Below are positions 1-9,943 of a DNA stretch of 64,000 nucleotides, piece by piece. Numbering within the stretch: position 1 is the first letter of the stretch; every line of letters begins with the position of its first letter. Source of the stretch: Alphaproteobacteria bacterium (GTDB lineage Bacteria > Pseudomonadota > Alphaproteobacteria > CBCXTS01); the NCBI GenBank assembly GCA_965178085.1, contig CBCXTS010000026.1:18109-82108 (forward strand). Direction: 5' to 3'. The position numbers and the translations under genes are program-made. Under the pieces are notes generated by a model. It was not told the DNA's origin and ran no database searches. It worked only from the letters and a program-made list of their open reading frames with translations.

Positions 1-4
1 TGAT

Positions 5-1069
5 TTATTGCTTTGTATGTAGTATCGCTAGAAAACGATAGAATATATGGGTCATTTTGGTAAAAGGGGTTGTGATAAACAAGCAAGCGACAAGTGCAAG
101 ATGGCTATATAAAAGAAGTGGTAATATATGGTGTATGTCTTTTAATATATAAAGTAAAAGTCCTGAAAAAGATGTTGCAAATAGCAATAAAATAAAAGCA
201 ACTTCTCCTGAAAAATAATGTATGTTTGCCAAGTTTCTGTTAGATTTAAATTTTAATAGCAACATCCATAAACACCCTATAACCATCATTAAGCCTCCTA
301 TCAAACCACTTAATTTAGGTAAAGAAAATAAAGGATATGGTGCTGGATAATGAAATATATAATGCAAGATAGTTGCGCTAGAAGTTGCGATAAAACATAA
401 TAAAAATCCATAAGCAATAAGATGATGCGCATATCGCCTTTTTTGCGTATAAATATCACCCTTTTCAAATTGGCAACCATCGCCATGACCACCATTTAAG
501 TTTTTCATGACACTGACTTCTTTAAAAGTATCTAATAAAGATTGTATAGTAATAGAACCTCCCTCTATTACTTTCCAAAATTTATATAAACTAAATCCTA
601 GCAAAATATAAGGTACTACGAATAAAGGAATAAAGATATTTATCAATAATTGGTGCGAAAAAATATCATAAAAATTATTAATAACATCATCTTGTGATTG
701 ATAGCCAAGCAAGACAAAAAATATTAATAAAATGGCAATGCTAATCAATAAAACAATAGGGCGCATAGATATTGTTTTTGTTAGTAAGTTAAATTGCGAA
801 TATTCTTCCCAACTATTTTGCCTAACCTCTGCAAAAGCTTTAGGAATATTAACATTAAATTCATGAGGCTCTGCATATTGACATGCGTAATAGCACCCAC
901 GACAATTATGGCATATATTGGCCAATTTAATAATATCATTATCTTCAAAATTGCGCAATTTATGTAACTCTGGAAAAACATTGCAAAAACCCTCACAATA
1001 ACGACAAGCATTACATATAGATGCTTGCCTTTTGGCTTCTTTTATAACGTTACTATTTGCTATTTGCAT
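5..1069 (-). CDS. tcuB: Tricarballylate utilization protein TcuB (Fe-S membrane protein); start taken at internal MQIANS.. Met
   Basis: Two CxxCxxCxxxC-type cysteine clusters (CNACRYCEGFC, CHNCRGCYYAC) followed by multiple hydrophobic helices; lies directly downstream of tcuA with a short overlap, the usual tcuAB arrangement. Confidence 0.8.
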   Translation of the reverse strand: MQIANSNVIKEAKRQASICNACRYCEGFCNVFPELHKLRNFEDNDIIKLANICHNCRGCYYACQYAEPHEFNVNIPKAFAEVRQNSWEEYSQFNLLTKTISMRPIVLLISIAILLIFFVLLGYQSQDDVINNFYDIFSHQLLINIFIPLFVVPYILLGFSLYKFWKVIEGGSITIQSLLDTFKEVSVMKNLNGGHGDGCQFEKGDIYTQKRRYAHHLIAYGFLLCFIATSSATILHYIFHYPAPYPLFSLPKLSGLIGGLMMVIGCLWMLLLKFKSNRNLANIHYFSGEVAFILLLFATSFSGLLLYILKDIHHILPLLLYSHLALVACLFITTPFTKMTHIFYRFLAILHTKQ

Positions 1070-2447
1070 AATTTGCAGCCTCCTTACCCGCAATACGACC
1101 AAAAACAGTACCAATAGTCATACCTGTGCCTGCCAAATAACCTTCACCTAATATAGAGCCTGCCATAATTTCACCCGCAGCCCATAAATTATCAATCAAC
1201 CCTGCATGATTAACGCATTGGGCTTTTTCATTCACTTTAAGCCCTAAATAGGTGAACGTAATGCCTGTTTTTAAAACAAAAGCGTAATAAGGTGGCGTGT
1301 CTATTTTTCGTGCCCAATTGGTTTTATTAATATTCAAATTGATTGTTGCTAGATTATCTAATAATTGGGCATTAAAATGCGTATTACCATTACATGCCGC
1401 ATTATAACTGTTAATCTCATTTACAAGATCATGCTTTGGGAGGTGTGATTTATACGCTAATTCTTCTATAGTACTGGCTGTAATAGGATCAAATAATGGT
1501 GGCATGAAATCATTTATCGCTTTTGCATCAATGATTGCATAAGCAATTTGATTAGGCTGTTCAGCAACAAGACGACCCCAAACAGCATAGCGTTTTGGCC
1601 ACAAATCTTCACCTTCATCATAAAAACGTTTGCCCAACTGATTGACTGTTACAGAAAAAGGTACGCAATCTAATCTTGTAGCAATACCGCCATCATATTC
1701 TGGTGCTTGGCCATCAACAGCTACAGCATGACATTGTTTGCCTTCGCCCACCGTTAAAATATTTTGGTTAATCAGCGCTCTTAAAGCTTTACCTTTATTA
1801 TATTGCGTTCCTCTGATGATAAAATTTTTTGCAACATCACCCCAATATTCTTGTAGCCATTCTTTATTAGATTCAAAACCTCCAGAAGCAACAATAATAG
1901 CTTTAGGGGATATTTTGTGGTTTTTTCCTTGATAGAGTATTGTTACAGAAGTCACTAATTGCTTATTAGTAGTAAAATCTATAGCTTCTGCCTTATAATA
2001 AGCATCAACGCCAATTTTTTTGGCATAATTATAATAGTTATTTAGTAAAGCTTTACCGCCTCCTAGAAAAAAGGCATTGGTGCGGGCAAGACTTAATGTG
2101 CCTGAGAGGCTGGGTTGAAATTTAACATTTCTTTGCTCCATCCATTTATAGCAATCATCGCTTTTATCTATCATGATATTAGCTAAACGAATATCAGTCT
2201 TACCTTTGGTAACTTTTAATAAATCTTCTAAAAATTCTTCTTTTTTATAATTATCTTCTAATTGACCTAAAGGTGCATTATGTTTAACCCTGAAATTACG
2301 GGTATGACGAGAATTACCACCACGATATGCATAAGGAGCAGCTTCAATAATAGCTACTTTTGCTCCCATTTCTCTTGCCTCTATAGCAGCAACAATGGCA
2401 GCGTTACCACCACCAATAATAATAACATCATAATGTGACAATACCAT
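1053..2447 (-). CDS. tcuA: FAD-dependent tricarballylate dehydrogenase TcuA
   Basis: N-terminal FAD Rossmann motif VIIIGGGNAAIVAAIEA, about 465 aa, fumarate-reductase/succinate-DH flavoprotein-like body; adjacent to tcuB. Confidence 0.8.
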   Translation of the reverse strand: MVLSHYDVIIIGGGNAAIVAAIEAREMGAKVAIIEAAPYAYRGGNSRHTRNFRVKHNAPLGQLEDNYKKEEFLEDLLKVTKGKTDIRLANIMIDKSDDCYKWMEQRNVKFQPSLSGTLSLARTNAFFLGGGKALLNNYYNYAKKIGVDAYYKAEAIDFTTNKQLVTSVTILYQGKNHKISPKAIIVASGGFESNKEWLQEYWGDVAKNFIIRGTQYNKGKALRALINQNILTVGEGKQCHAVAVDGQAPEYDGGIATRLDCVPFSVTVNQLGKRFYDEGEDLWPKRYAVWGRLVAEQPNQIAYAIIDAKAINDFMPPLFDPITASTIEELAYKSHLPKHDLVNEINSYNAACNGNTHFNAQLLDNLATINLNINKTNWARKIDTPPYYAFVLKTGITFTYLGLKVNEKAQCVNHAGLIDNLWAAGEIMAGSILGEGYLAGTGMTIGTVFGRIAGKEAANYANSK

Positions 2448-2470
2448 AAAGACTATCTTTGATTTTTATT

Positions 2471-2486
2471 GTATGCATGTGTATAC
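2471..2486. promoter_or_regulatory. GT-N-AC type palindrome (GTATGCATGTGTATAC) in divergent tcuA/gntR promoter region
   Basis: Inverted GTAT..ATAC arms with perfect GTATAC core between the tcuA start and the gntR start. Confidence 0.25.
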
Positions 2487-2521
2487 TAAATAAAAAATTT
2501 AGTGTCAATAAAGGTTTTAAA

Positions 2522-3160
2522 ATGACAAATTCCTATGCTGAGATTGCGCATGAAAAAATCATACTTCTTATTAAAGAAGGTATATTGAAACCTGGGCAAC
2601 GGGTTATGGAAACCGATATAGCTAAACGCACAAATTTATCGCGTACTCCTGTTAGAGAGGCACTTAAAAAACTAGAGGCGGAAGAAATTATTATTCATCA
2701 AGCGAAAATTGGCGCAGTTATTAAAAAATTTAATCACCAAGATGTTATAGAGTTATATGAGGTGCGCATCATGCTTGAGAAAATGGCTGCCAAGCTTGCA
2801 GCACAACATGCAACGATGAGTGAAATTGACTTATTAAAAAAATATAATAATAAAATAGTGGATGCTGAGGAGCAAGAAAAAGCAGCTTCTTATAATAGTC
2901 AGTTTCATCAGATCATTATACAATCTACCCGCAATAGATATTTGCAAAAAGCATGGGAGCAATTAACAAAAAGCATTATTCTTTTAGGTCCTACAACATT
3001 ATATAGCGAAACACGTTATCAAGAAGCTTATTATCAACATCATGATATTATTAAGGCTATTGAAAATAAAGATGCTGAACACGCCATGGTCATGGCAGAA
3101 GACCATATGAATAGATCGCTTGAAATAAGGTTAACGCATATACATGACGGTTCTTATTAA
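2522..3160 (+). CDS. GntR-family (FadR-type C-terminal domain) transcriptional regulator; start moved to internal Met (MTNSYAEIAHEKI..)
   Basis: N-terminal winged-HTH pattern (DIAKRTNLSRTPVREALKKLE) plus all-helical FCD-like C-terminus; divergent from tcuA. Confidence 0.75.
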   Translation: MTNSYAEIAHEKIILLIKEGILKPGQRVMETDIAKRTNLSRTPVREALKKLEAEEIIIHQAKIGAVIKKFNHQDVIELYEVRIMLEKMAAKLAAQHATMSEIDLLKKYNNKIVDAEEQEKAASYNSQFHQIIIQSTRNRYLQKAWEQLTKSIILLGPTTLYSETRYQEAYYQHHDIIKAIENKDAEHAMVMAEDHMNRSLEIRLTHIHDGSY

Positions 3161-4186
3161 ATGTTTGCATATGGATTAAGCTTTATTATTGCAGGGATTG
3201 GCGTTGCTATCTTTCAATTATTTGAATTACCGTTACCATGGTTATTAGGGCCTATATTTGCCTGTTTAATAGCTGCTTTATGCGGTATTAAATTTAAAAC
3301 CATTATAATGGTTAACAACCTTATGCGTACCGTCTTAGGAGTAGCTGTTGGAGCTTCTATAACATTGGTTTTTTTGGGTCATCTTTTATCTATATGGCAA
3401 AGCTTGGTTTCTGTTATTATTATGATTTTGTTAATAGCATTATTGGGAGTTCCCTATTTTTATAAAATATGGAAATATGATTTTATAACCTCTTATTATG
3501 CTGCAATGCCGGGTGGCTTACAAGATATGTTATTATTTGGTCAAGAAGCAGGGGCTAATATACGCACTTTATCTTTAGTACATGCGACAAGAGTATTAGT
3601 GGTAGTGGTTATTTTGCCCATTATTTTAATAGAATTTTGGGATGTTAATTTAAACAATCCTCCAGGCGCTTCAATTGCCAATATAGATGGAATGCAATTG
3701 CTTGTAATGGCTTTTGCTGGCATTGTTGGCTGGCAATTGGCAAAAAAAATCAAATTATTTGGTGCCTCTATTTTAGGGCCATTACTATTATCTGCTTTTT
3801 TATCATTGCTTGGTGTTTTAGAACAAAGACCCCCTGCGGAAGCTATTTGGGCAGCACAATTTTTTATTGGCATGGCTGTTGGGGTAAACTATGTGGGGAT
3901 TCAAATACGTGAATTAAAACATGATGTTGTAGCCTCTTTGGGGTTTTGTATTTTACTTGCCATCATTACATGGATAGTATTTACAGTGACCAATCTTTTG
4001 GCACTTACACTGCCACTAAATTTATTACTGGCTTTGACGCCGGGGGGACAAGCGGAAATTACAGTATTGGCTATTATAGTAGGCGCGGATGTTAGTTTTG
4101 TAATAGCTCATCATATTTTACGCATATTTTTTGTTATTTTGCTAGCTCCGATAATAGCGAAGATATTTAAGACACAACATGAATAG
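3161..4186 (+). CDS. AbrB-family membrane protein (duplicated AbrB domain, putative transporter/regulator of unknown substrate)
   Basis: About 340 aa, 10+ TM helices, internally duplicated; resembles the AbrB/'putative ammonia monooxygenase' family. Confidence 0.6.
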   Translation: MFAYGLSFIIAGIGVAIFQLFELPLPWLLGPIFACLIAALCGIKFKTIIMVNNLMRTVLGVAVGASITLVFLGHLLSIWQSLVSVIIMILLIALLGVPYFYKIWKYDFITSYYAAMPGGLQDMLLFGQEAGANIRTLSLVHATRVLVVVVILPIILIEFWDVNLNNPPGASIANIDGMQLLVMAFAGIVGWQLAKKIKLFGASILGPLLLSAFLSLLGVLEQRPPAEAIWAAQFFIGMAVGVNYVGIQIRELKHDVVASLGFCILLAIITWIVFTVTNLLALTLPLNLLLALTPGGQAEITVLAIIVGADVSFVIAHHILRIFFVILLAPIIAKIFKTQHE

Positions 4187-5123
4187 GGTTGCCATTATGA
4201 TAAGCAATAATTTGCTCAAAAATATCAGAAAATTGATTTTCTAACTCATCAATAGTAACAAAACCAATATGAGGAGTTGCAATAACGTTGGGATGGCATG
4301 CAAGAGGGTCACTTTGCCATGTGATTGGTTCTTCATCAAACACATCAATAGCTGCCATTTCTGGGCGCCCTTCATTAAGCGCATGTAATAAGCTATCTTT
4401 TTCAATTAAACCTGCTCTTGATGTATTCACAAACAGAGAATCTTTTTTCATATTTTCAAAATCTTTTCTTGTAATAATATTACGGGTTGTTTCCTTTAAG
4501 CGTACATGAATACTAACAATATCCGACATTGCAAAAAAAGCTTTCCTTGATGAGGCAAGGATCATCCCATCTTTTTTTGCTCTTTTACGCCCTTCCTCCG
4601 ATGCCCACCAAATAATATTCATACCAAAACTTTCAGCATATCTAGCAACCTGGTTTGCAATACGTCCATAACCATAAAAGCCTATGGTGCGTCCTCTTAA
4701 TGTTTTGCCAACCCCCATTTGCCAATTTCCTTGCTGTAAACTTGCCATTTGTTGGGGAATTTGACGGTACGCTGCAAGAATTAACGCCCACACATGTTCG
4801 GATGCGGCAAAGCTCGGCGTTCCTTTATGCATGTTAGAACAGACCGTAATATCTAAATCATGACAAGCTTCTATATCAATATGAGGATAGACACTTCTTT
4901 GTGAAATCAGGTGTAAATTAGGCAGTTTTTCTAATAAGTCACGGGTAATTTTTGTGCGCTCACGAAAAAGCACAAGTACCTCTGCATCTTTTAAGCGCTC
5001 TGTCAAAATAGCGATATCTTCTATATGATCATTCCATATCGTTACATCATATTCTGCAATTTTTTGAAAAGAGGGAATATATCGTAAACTATCAAACCAA
5101 TCATCTAAAATATGTATTTTCAT
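4167..5123 (-). CDS. D-isomer-specific 2-hydroxyacid dehydrogenase (glyoxylate/hydroxypyruvate reductase-like)
   Basis: NAD-binding GFYGYGRIANQVARYAESFGMNI and catalytic-domain layout typical of D-2-HADH family. Confidence 0.8.
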   Translation of the reverse strand: MKIHILDDWFDSLRYIPSFQKIAEYDVTIWNDHIEDIAILTERLKDAEVLVLFRERTKITRDLLEKLPNLHLISQRSVYPHIDIEACHDLDITVCSNMHKGTPSFAASEHVWALILAAYRQIPQQMASLQQGNWQMGVGKTLRGRTIGFYGYGRIANQVARYAESFGMNIIWWASEEGRKRAKKDGMILASSRKAFFAMSDIVSIHVRLKETTRNIITRKDFENMKKDSLFVNTSRAGLIEKDSLLHALNEGRPEMAAIDVFDEEPITWQSDPLACHPNVIATPHIGFVTIDELENQFSDIFEQIIAYHNGNPIHVVS

Positions 5124-5134
5124 TGTTAAGCTTT

Positions 5135-6202
5135 TTATAAAAACAAATTGCCATCTGCAATTTTACGGGCTGTTCGTGTTAAACCTGCAGCATTAACAAA
5201 AAAAACATCATTATCATTTGTATAATCTAATAATACATTAATAGAACCTAAAGGATGTTCTAATATTAAATCAACAGGGTTTACACTGGGTCTATTGAGC
5301 AAGTTATCTGCAATGGTACCTTTAGCCATTAAGCAAGATGCAATAGCTTGTGCGCCTGTAACCGCCATAGTAGGGTGCGCTTTCCATGGCATAAAATATC
5401 TTGCGGCAATATGGCCATTATTTTGTGCAGGGGCAAGCAAGGCAAATTTGGGTGTAACGGATTTTGTAACATCTCCCATACCCATTTTTTTTCCTGCTAT
5501 AATGCGTAAATTTTCAATTTTTTGAAATAACTCTTTATTATCATTTAATTCTTCTGCTGACTCATAGCCTGAGATATTCAAGTCACTTGCTTTTGCAATA
5601 ACCATCGGCATAGTAACATCTATACAAGTAACAGAAATATTACTGATAATGTCACTTTTTTGCCCTGTTGGAAATAATTTACCTGTTTTAGAACCAACAA
5701 TATCCATAAAATGTAACCCTATTGGTGCGTTTGTACCAGGCACTCCGTCAATGGCACTATTGCCCTTATAAATAACACCATCTTTATTTGTCTGTACAAT
5801 TGCTTTTACCTTAGCCCCTGTGTTAACGGCATGAATGATAATTTCTGTTTGGTTATTTTGTGGTTTCACTAATCCCATTTCAATAGCAGCAGGTCCAACG
5901 CCAGATAGTATATTACCGCATGTTGGTTTATAATCGACCAGTTTTTCTTCAACGCTAACTTGTGCAAAAAAATAATCAATATCGCAATCATTTTTTAATG
6001 ATGGTGATAACATAGCTACTTTCGTGGTAACAGCATTACCGCCCCCAATGCCATCAATATTTAAATAATGGCCTGCACCTATCACCTTTATTAGAGTTTC
6101 AGATAATTCATTCCTATTTTCAGGCAAATCAACTCTATTAAAATAAGGTCCTCTAGATGTGCCGCCACGCATAAAAAGATAAGGTATAGATTGTTTTTTC
6201 AT
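5135..6202 (-). CDS. PrpF/AcnD-accessory family isomerase (aconitate isomerase / 4-oxalomesaconate tautomerase-like)
   Basis: N-terminal FMRGGTSRGPYF signature of the PrpF family; about 355 aa; located within the tricarboxylate operon. Confidence 0.7.
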   Translation of the reverse strand: MKKQSIPYLFMRGGTSRGPYFNRVDLPENRNELSETLIKVIGAGHYLNIDGIGGGNAVTTKVAMLSPSLKNDCDIDYFFAQVSVEEKLVDYKPTCGNILSGVGPAAIEMGLVKPQNNQTEIIIHAVNTGAKVKAIVQTNKDGVIYKGNSAIDGVPGTNAPIGLHFMDIVGSKTGKLFPTGQKSDIISNISVTCIDVTMPMVIAKASDLNISGYESAEELNDNKELFQKIENLRIIAGKKMGMGDVTKSVTPKFALLAPAQNNGHIAARYFMPWKAHPTMAVTGAQAIASCLMAKGTIADNLLNRPSVNPVDLILEHPLGSINVLLDYTNDNDVFFVNAAGLTRTARKIADGNLFL

Positions 6203-6218
6203 TTTTCAATAGCTTACT

Positions 6219-8249
6219 TCAGATAAATGGCCATGGCAGTTGGATATGTTCTTGCAACAAACCCGATGGGAAATTACGCTTAAGGGAATAAGCAAGACCA
6301 ATCATCATTAAAATACCACAAATACTGTATAATATGCTATGCAACAAAGATAATTTTGCTCTTATTTGCATAAAACTTATCAAGAAAAAACCTAAAGCTA
6401 TAATAAAGCCAAAAATATATGTTAAGCCCAGTAATAATAATGGCCAAAATAAGGTCGATAATAAAGAATAGGGGGCATCGGCATCCTCACCTGCCACTTC
6501 TCTATCTGCAAATATAGCATCACCTTCATTATTTCTCATCATTTGTATTAACAAGATAAAACATGATAACATCATGATAGATGCCACAACTAAAGGCACT
6601 ATCTTATCTGTCATTAAACGATCATTAATTAAGGAAGCATTCCAAAAACTAATAATCGCATAGGTCAGCATGCCAAAAAGAAAAATCATAGGTAGGCGTT
6701 TTTTGCCAGCAATGACATTACCTTCAGCATTGATAGTTTTGGTTTGCCTAATACCTAAGATAATAGAAATAATAGTCAATATCAGTAACACAATGACGAT
6801 AGGGCTAAATACATAGCTTAAACCTGCATCCAAACTATCACGAAAACGAAAATTGGCAATTTGATAGGCTTGATTGGTAAATTTTTCAACAGGTTCTGAT
6901 AATACAAACCCAATTAAAAAAGCAGGGCGAGACCAATCAAAACGGCGCATCAAAATACCAAAAAAACCAAAAATATATAACGCTACTAAATCAATAATAT
7001 CTTGGCCTGACTGAAAGGCTGCAAAAGATAATATCATAAATAAGAAAGGAGCAATTAATGTAAATCTTATTTTGGTTAATTTTGCAATATAGGGGGAAGA
7101 AGCAATACACAATGCTGTTCCAATAATATTGGCAAAAGCAAGCAACCATACAATAGCATACGTAATATTAAGGTTGCTTTGTAGCATTTGCGGGCCAACT
7201 TCAATTTCACCAGATCCTAACAAAGCAACAGCCCCAATAAAAATAGCCATAGAGCCAGATCCTGGAATACCAAATAATAAGGTTGGTACTAAACCACCGC
7301 CTTCTTTGGCATTATTAGAACTTTCAGGGCCTATAACACCTCGTATTTCCCCTTTACCAAAGCCAGATTTATCTTTTGTTGTTTGTACCGTATGACCATA
7401 GGCAATCCAATCAACGACTGATCCTCCTAAACCTGGAATAACCCCAACAACCACCCCAATAATAGAACAGCGGATAGATAAAAAAATATTTTGTGACCAT
7501 GCTTTAACGCCGTCAAACCAACCCGCGCCCAATTTATTATCTTTGGCTATAGCATTATCTTGGCGTAATAAAGATACTATTTCAGGAATAGCAAATATAC
7601 CCAAACCTACAATAACTAATTTAAAACCATCTGTAACATAAGGCGTATCATAGCTTGCCATACGCAAACTGCCTCCAGCGTCACTCTCACCGATAGTACC
7701 CACCAAAACACCCAAAGCAGCAGCAGCAATACCTTTAAAAGGAATGCGTCCTGCCAAAATGGCCACCATGGAAAGTCCAAGAAATGTAATCATTAACATT
7801 TCAGGAAGCCCAAAGGCCAACACAATAGGGCGGGCAACTAAAATAAATAATGTAAGAAAAATAGCCCCAATTAAACCACCAAATAAAGATGAGGCAAAAG
7901 CTGCGGATAAAGCTTTTGCTGCCAATCCTTTTTTAGCTAAAGGAAAACCATCAAGTACGGTTGCTTGTGAAGCAGAGGAGCCAGGTATCCCCATAAGAAC
8001 GCTTGCAAAAGTATCAGAAGTTGGCACTACTGCTACCAAACCTATCATCAAGCTTAGTCCTAAAATAGGATCCATACCAAACATAAAAGGTAGTAATAAG
8101 GATAGACCAGCAATACCGCCTAATCCAGGAAAAATGCCTATCATAAGGCCTAAGAAAACCCCTATCATTAAATGCAATAGCACTTCAAATGTTAATATAA
8201 TTGAAAAAGCTGATTGTAATGAGGCGATGGCGTTTAAAAAAATATCCAT
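6219..8249 (-). CDS. tctA: Tripartite tricarboxylate transporter permease, apparent TctA-TctB fusion
   Basis: 676 aa polytopic membrane protein; first about 500 aa look TctA-like, extra C-terminal about 170 aa with 4 TM helices where a separate tctB gene usually sits; downstream of tctC. Confidence 0.7.
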   Translation of the reverse strand: MDIFLNAIASLQSAFSIILTFEVLLHLMIGVFLGLMIGIFPGLGGIAGLSLLLPFMFGMDPILGLSLMIGLVAVVPTSDTFASVLMGIPGSSASQATVLDGFPLAKKGLAAKALSAAFASSLFGGLIGAIFLTLFILVARPIVLAFGLPEMLMITFLGLSMVAILAGRIPFKGIAAAALGVLVGTIGESDAGGSLRMASYDTPYVTDGFKLVIVGLGIFAIPEIVSLLRQDNAIAKDNKLGAGWFDGVKAWSQNIFLSIRCSIIGVVVGVIPGLGGSVVDWIAYGHTVQTTKDKSGFGKGEIRGVIGPESSNNAKEGGGLVPTLLFGIPGSGSMAIFIGAVALLGSGEIEVGPQMLQSNLNITYAIVWLLAFANIIGTALCIASSPYIAKLTKIRFTLIAPFLFMILSFAAFQSGQDIIDLVALYIFGFFGILMRRFDWSRPAFLIGFVLSEPVEKFTNQAYQIANFRFRDSLDAGLSYVFSPIVIVLLILTIISIILGIRQTKTINAEGNVIAGKKRLPMIFLFGMLTYAIISFWNASLINDRLMTDKIVPLVVASIMMLSCFILLIQMMRNNEGDAIFADREVAGEDADAPYSLLSTLFWPLLLLGLTYIFGFIIALGFFLISFMQIRAKLSLLHSILYSICGILMMIGLAYSLKRNFPSGLLQEHIQLPWPFI

Positions 8250-8321
8250 AGAAATTTAAAATTTAAATGGAAGGAACCATCATTATGATGGCTCCTTCTC
8301 TTAAAGAAAAAATGATATATG

Positions 8322-9410
8322 TTATTTTAAAGTAACACCATAATCATTTTCTAACCATTTTTTAACAAAAGCTTTTGCGCTAGCGTCAACATTAATGCCT
8401 TTTTGTAAAGCTTCGCCAGCACCATTACCGGTAAATAATTTATATTTACCTAACCGTTTTGCAGATATTTTGGCAAAATCAGCACGCTCACCAACTTTTT
8501 TAAAGGCCTTTGCAAATGTATCAATAACTTCTTGGTCTGTGCCTGCTGGTAAAAAAGCAATTTTTTGCACAGGGAAACCTGCTACAAAAAAGGCTTTCCA
8601 AGCATTCCATGCTTCGCCCTTTGTTTCACAACCATCTGTTGCTTCACAAACTTCCTTAAACGTTGGCAGGTTAGGGAAAGTTGGGTCACGCACAATATTA
8701 CCATTATCATCTAAAGCGCCCCAACTCATCATAGCCACAGCTTTACCATCTTGAACCAACTTAGCAGAAGCTTTTAGGTAAGAGGATGAGGTTTGATAAT
8801 CAATATTAGCTTCACCACGTTCAAACATTAAACGGCCATCGCCACGGCCTTTAATGCCAAATACTGGCTCAACATCTATACCCAACATTTTCCATGCTAA
8901 TAAAGGCACTAAGTCAAGACGTGTTGCACCTTGTGAGCCATAAATAAATTTTGTATCTTGTAATTTGTTGGCTGAACCATCAAAATTTGCACCATCTTTA
9001 GGGTTGAGATACGCAACACCGCCTGTGCCAGAAGCCATTACAGGGTTCCAATCTTTATATTCATATTTAACACGCGGGTCATCTAAAAGATAAGGAAATT
9101 GTGTGGAACCTGAAGAGCCAAACAATAATGTACCATCTCCATTTTTTTGTTTTTGGAACCAGTTTGCGCCTTTAGTAGAACCTGCACCTGGCATAAATTT
9201 TACTACAACCGTTGGGGTGCCAGGTAATGCTTCTGATAATAAAGGTGCAAAAAAGTTAGCCCATTTAGCTGAACCACCTGTTTCTGAAAATGGAATAATC
9301 CATTCAACTGTTTTGCCTGATAAATCAATATCAGCTTGGGCTGTATTAGCCAGTATAGCAAGAGAAGCAATACCAATTGCCGCTGTTTTTAGCTTTTTTA
9401 TAATTGTCAT
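8322..9410 (-). CDS. tctC: Tripartite tricarboxylate transporter substrate-binding protein TctC (Bug family), with signal peptide
   Basis: Signal peptide AAIGIASLAILANTAQA, about 36 kDa periplasmic binding protein with Bug/TctC-like motifs; first gene of tctC-tctA(B)-prpF-HADH minus-strand operon. Confidence 0.75.
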   Translation of the reverse strand: MTIIKKLKTAAIGIASLAILANTAQADIDLSGKTVEWIIPFSETGGSAKWANFFAPLLSEALPGTPTVVVKFMPGAGSTKGANWFQKQKNGDGTLLFGSSGSTQFPYLLDDPRVKYEYKDWNPVMASGTGGVAYLNPKDGANFDGSANKLQDTKFIYGSQGATRLDLVPLLAWKMLGIDVEPVFGIKGRGDGRLMFERGEANIDYQTSSSYLKASAKLVQDGKAVAMMSWGALDDNGNIVRDPTFPNLPTFKEVCEATDGCETKGEAWNAWKAFFVAGFPVQKIAFLPAGTDQEVIDTFAKAFKKVGERADFAKISAKRLGKYKLFTGNGAGEALQKGINVDASAKAFVKKWLENDYGVTLK

Positions 9411-9456
9411 TATAATCCTCCGTATGAATCGTAATAGTAAAGTTGATAATAAGTAA

Positions 9457-9525
9457 GCGTATTACACTAATTATGTAAAGCGTATTACACTAATTATGTA
9501 AAGCGTATTACACTAATTATGTAAA
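9457..9525. repeat. 3 perfect tandem copies of a 23-bp unit GCGTATTACACTAATTATGTAAA, each carrying TTACA-N7-TGTAA inverted arms and a cGT-att-AC-a GntR-like half-site
   Basis: Read directly; 47-115 bp upstream of the tctC start codon, i.e. in the promoter region of the tct operon. Confidence 0.9.
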
Positions 9526-9606
9526 GACTTTAACATATAAAACTTGCATTATGCTTGCATTTGCTGTGGGTATGGTTTTAATACAAAGTCTGAAAAGTTA
9601 AAATGG

Positions 9607-9720
9607 ATGTCAGTTTTTAACTCACTTAGAAACCTATACGCTCATGAAGGCAGTAAAGAAAAAGGGTTGAATAAAGACGAGGTTGAAACTCTTAAAAAGA
9701 TCCATGCTAATCTTATTTAA
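9607..9720 (+). other. 37-aa ORF / possible gene remnant with HEPN-like R-x4-H motif (MSVFNSLRNLYAHEGSKEKGLNKDEVETLKKIHANLI)
   Basis: Open frame 9541-9720 ends in charged helical tail containing RNLYAH; no upstream domain remains; could be relic of a HEPN toxin/Abi gene or noise. Confidence 0.15.
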
Positions 9721-9943
9721 GGTGACAGAACCCTCTAGTAAAAGTTTATTTGTTGGTGCAAATGTTGGTATATTTGTTTTTTTACATCGGTTTAATATTA
9801 TAAATATCAAATACTTAAAGCCTATTTATGAATGATGCCACCGCCATTTTATGATATGGGCATCCATATCCATTTAGTTACATTTTGATCAATATTGAAG
9901 ATATCAAAGTTGCAATTGTATCTTTGTTCATGATTGGCTGATG

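Noticed and set aside
7744-8259. 171-aa ORF on the plus strand (and similar 3541-3873, 7129-7395, 8395-8754, 9103-9456)
   Set aside because: Fully embedded antisense in well-supported membrane/binding-protein genes, Pro/Lys/Ala-rich low-complexity translation typical of reverse-strand artefacts
9457-9525. Considered whether the perfect 23-bp repeats (and the 19-bp repeats at 13412-13486) form a CRISPR array
   Set aside because: Units are directly contiguous with no unique spacers, there are only 3-4 copies, and no cas genes are nearby. They are tandem repeats.
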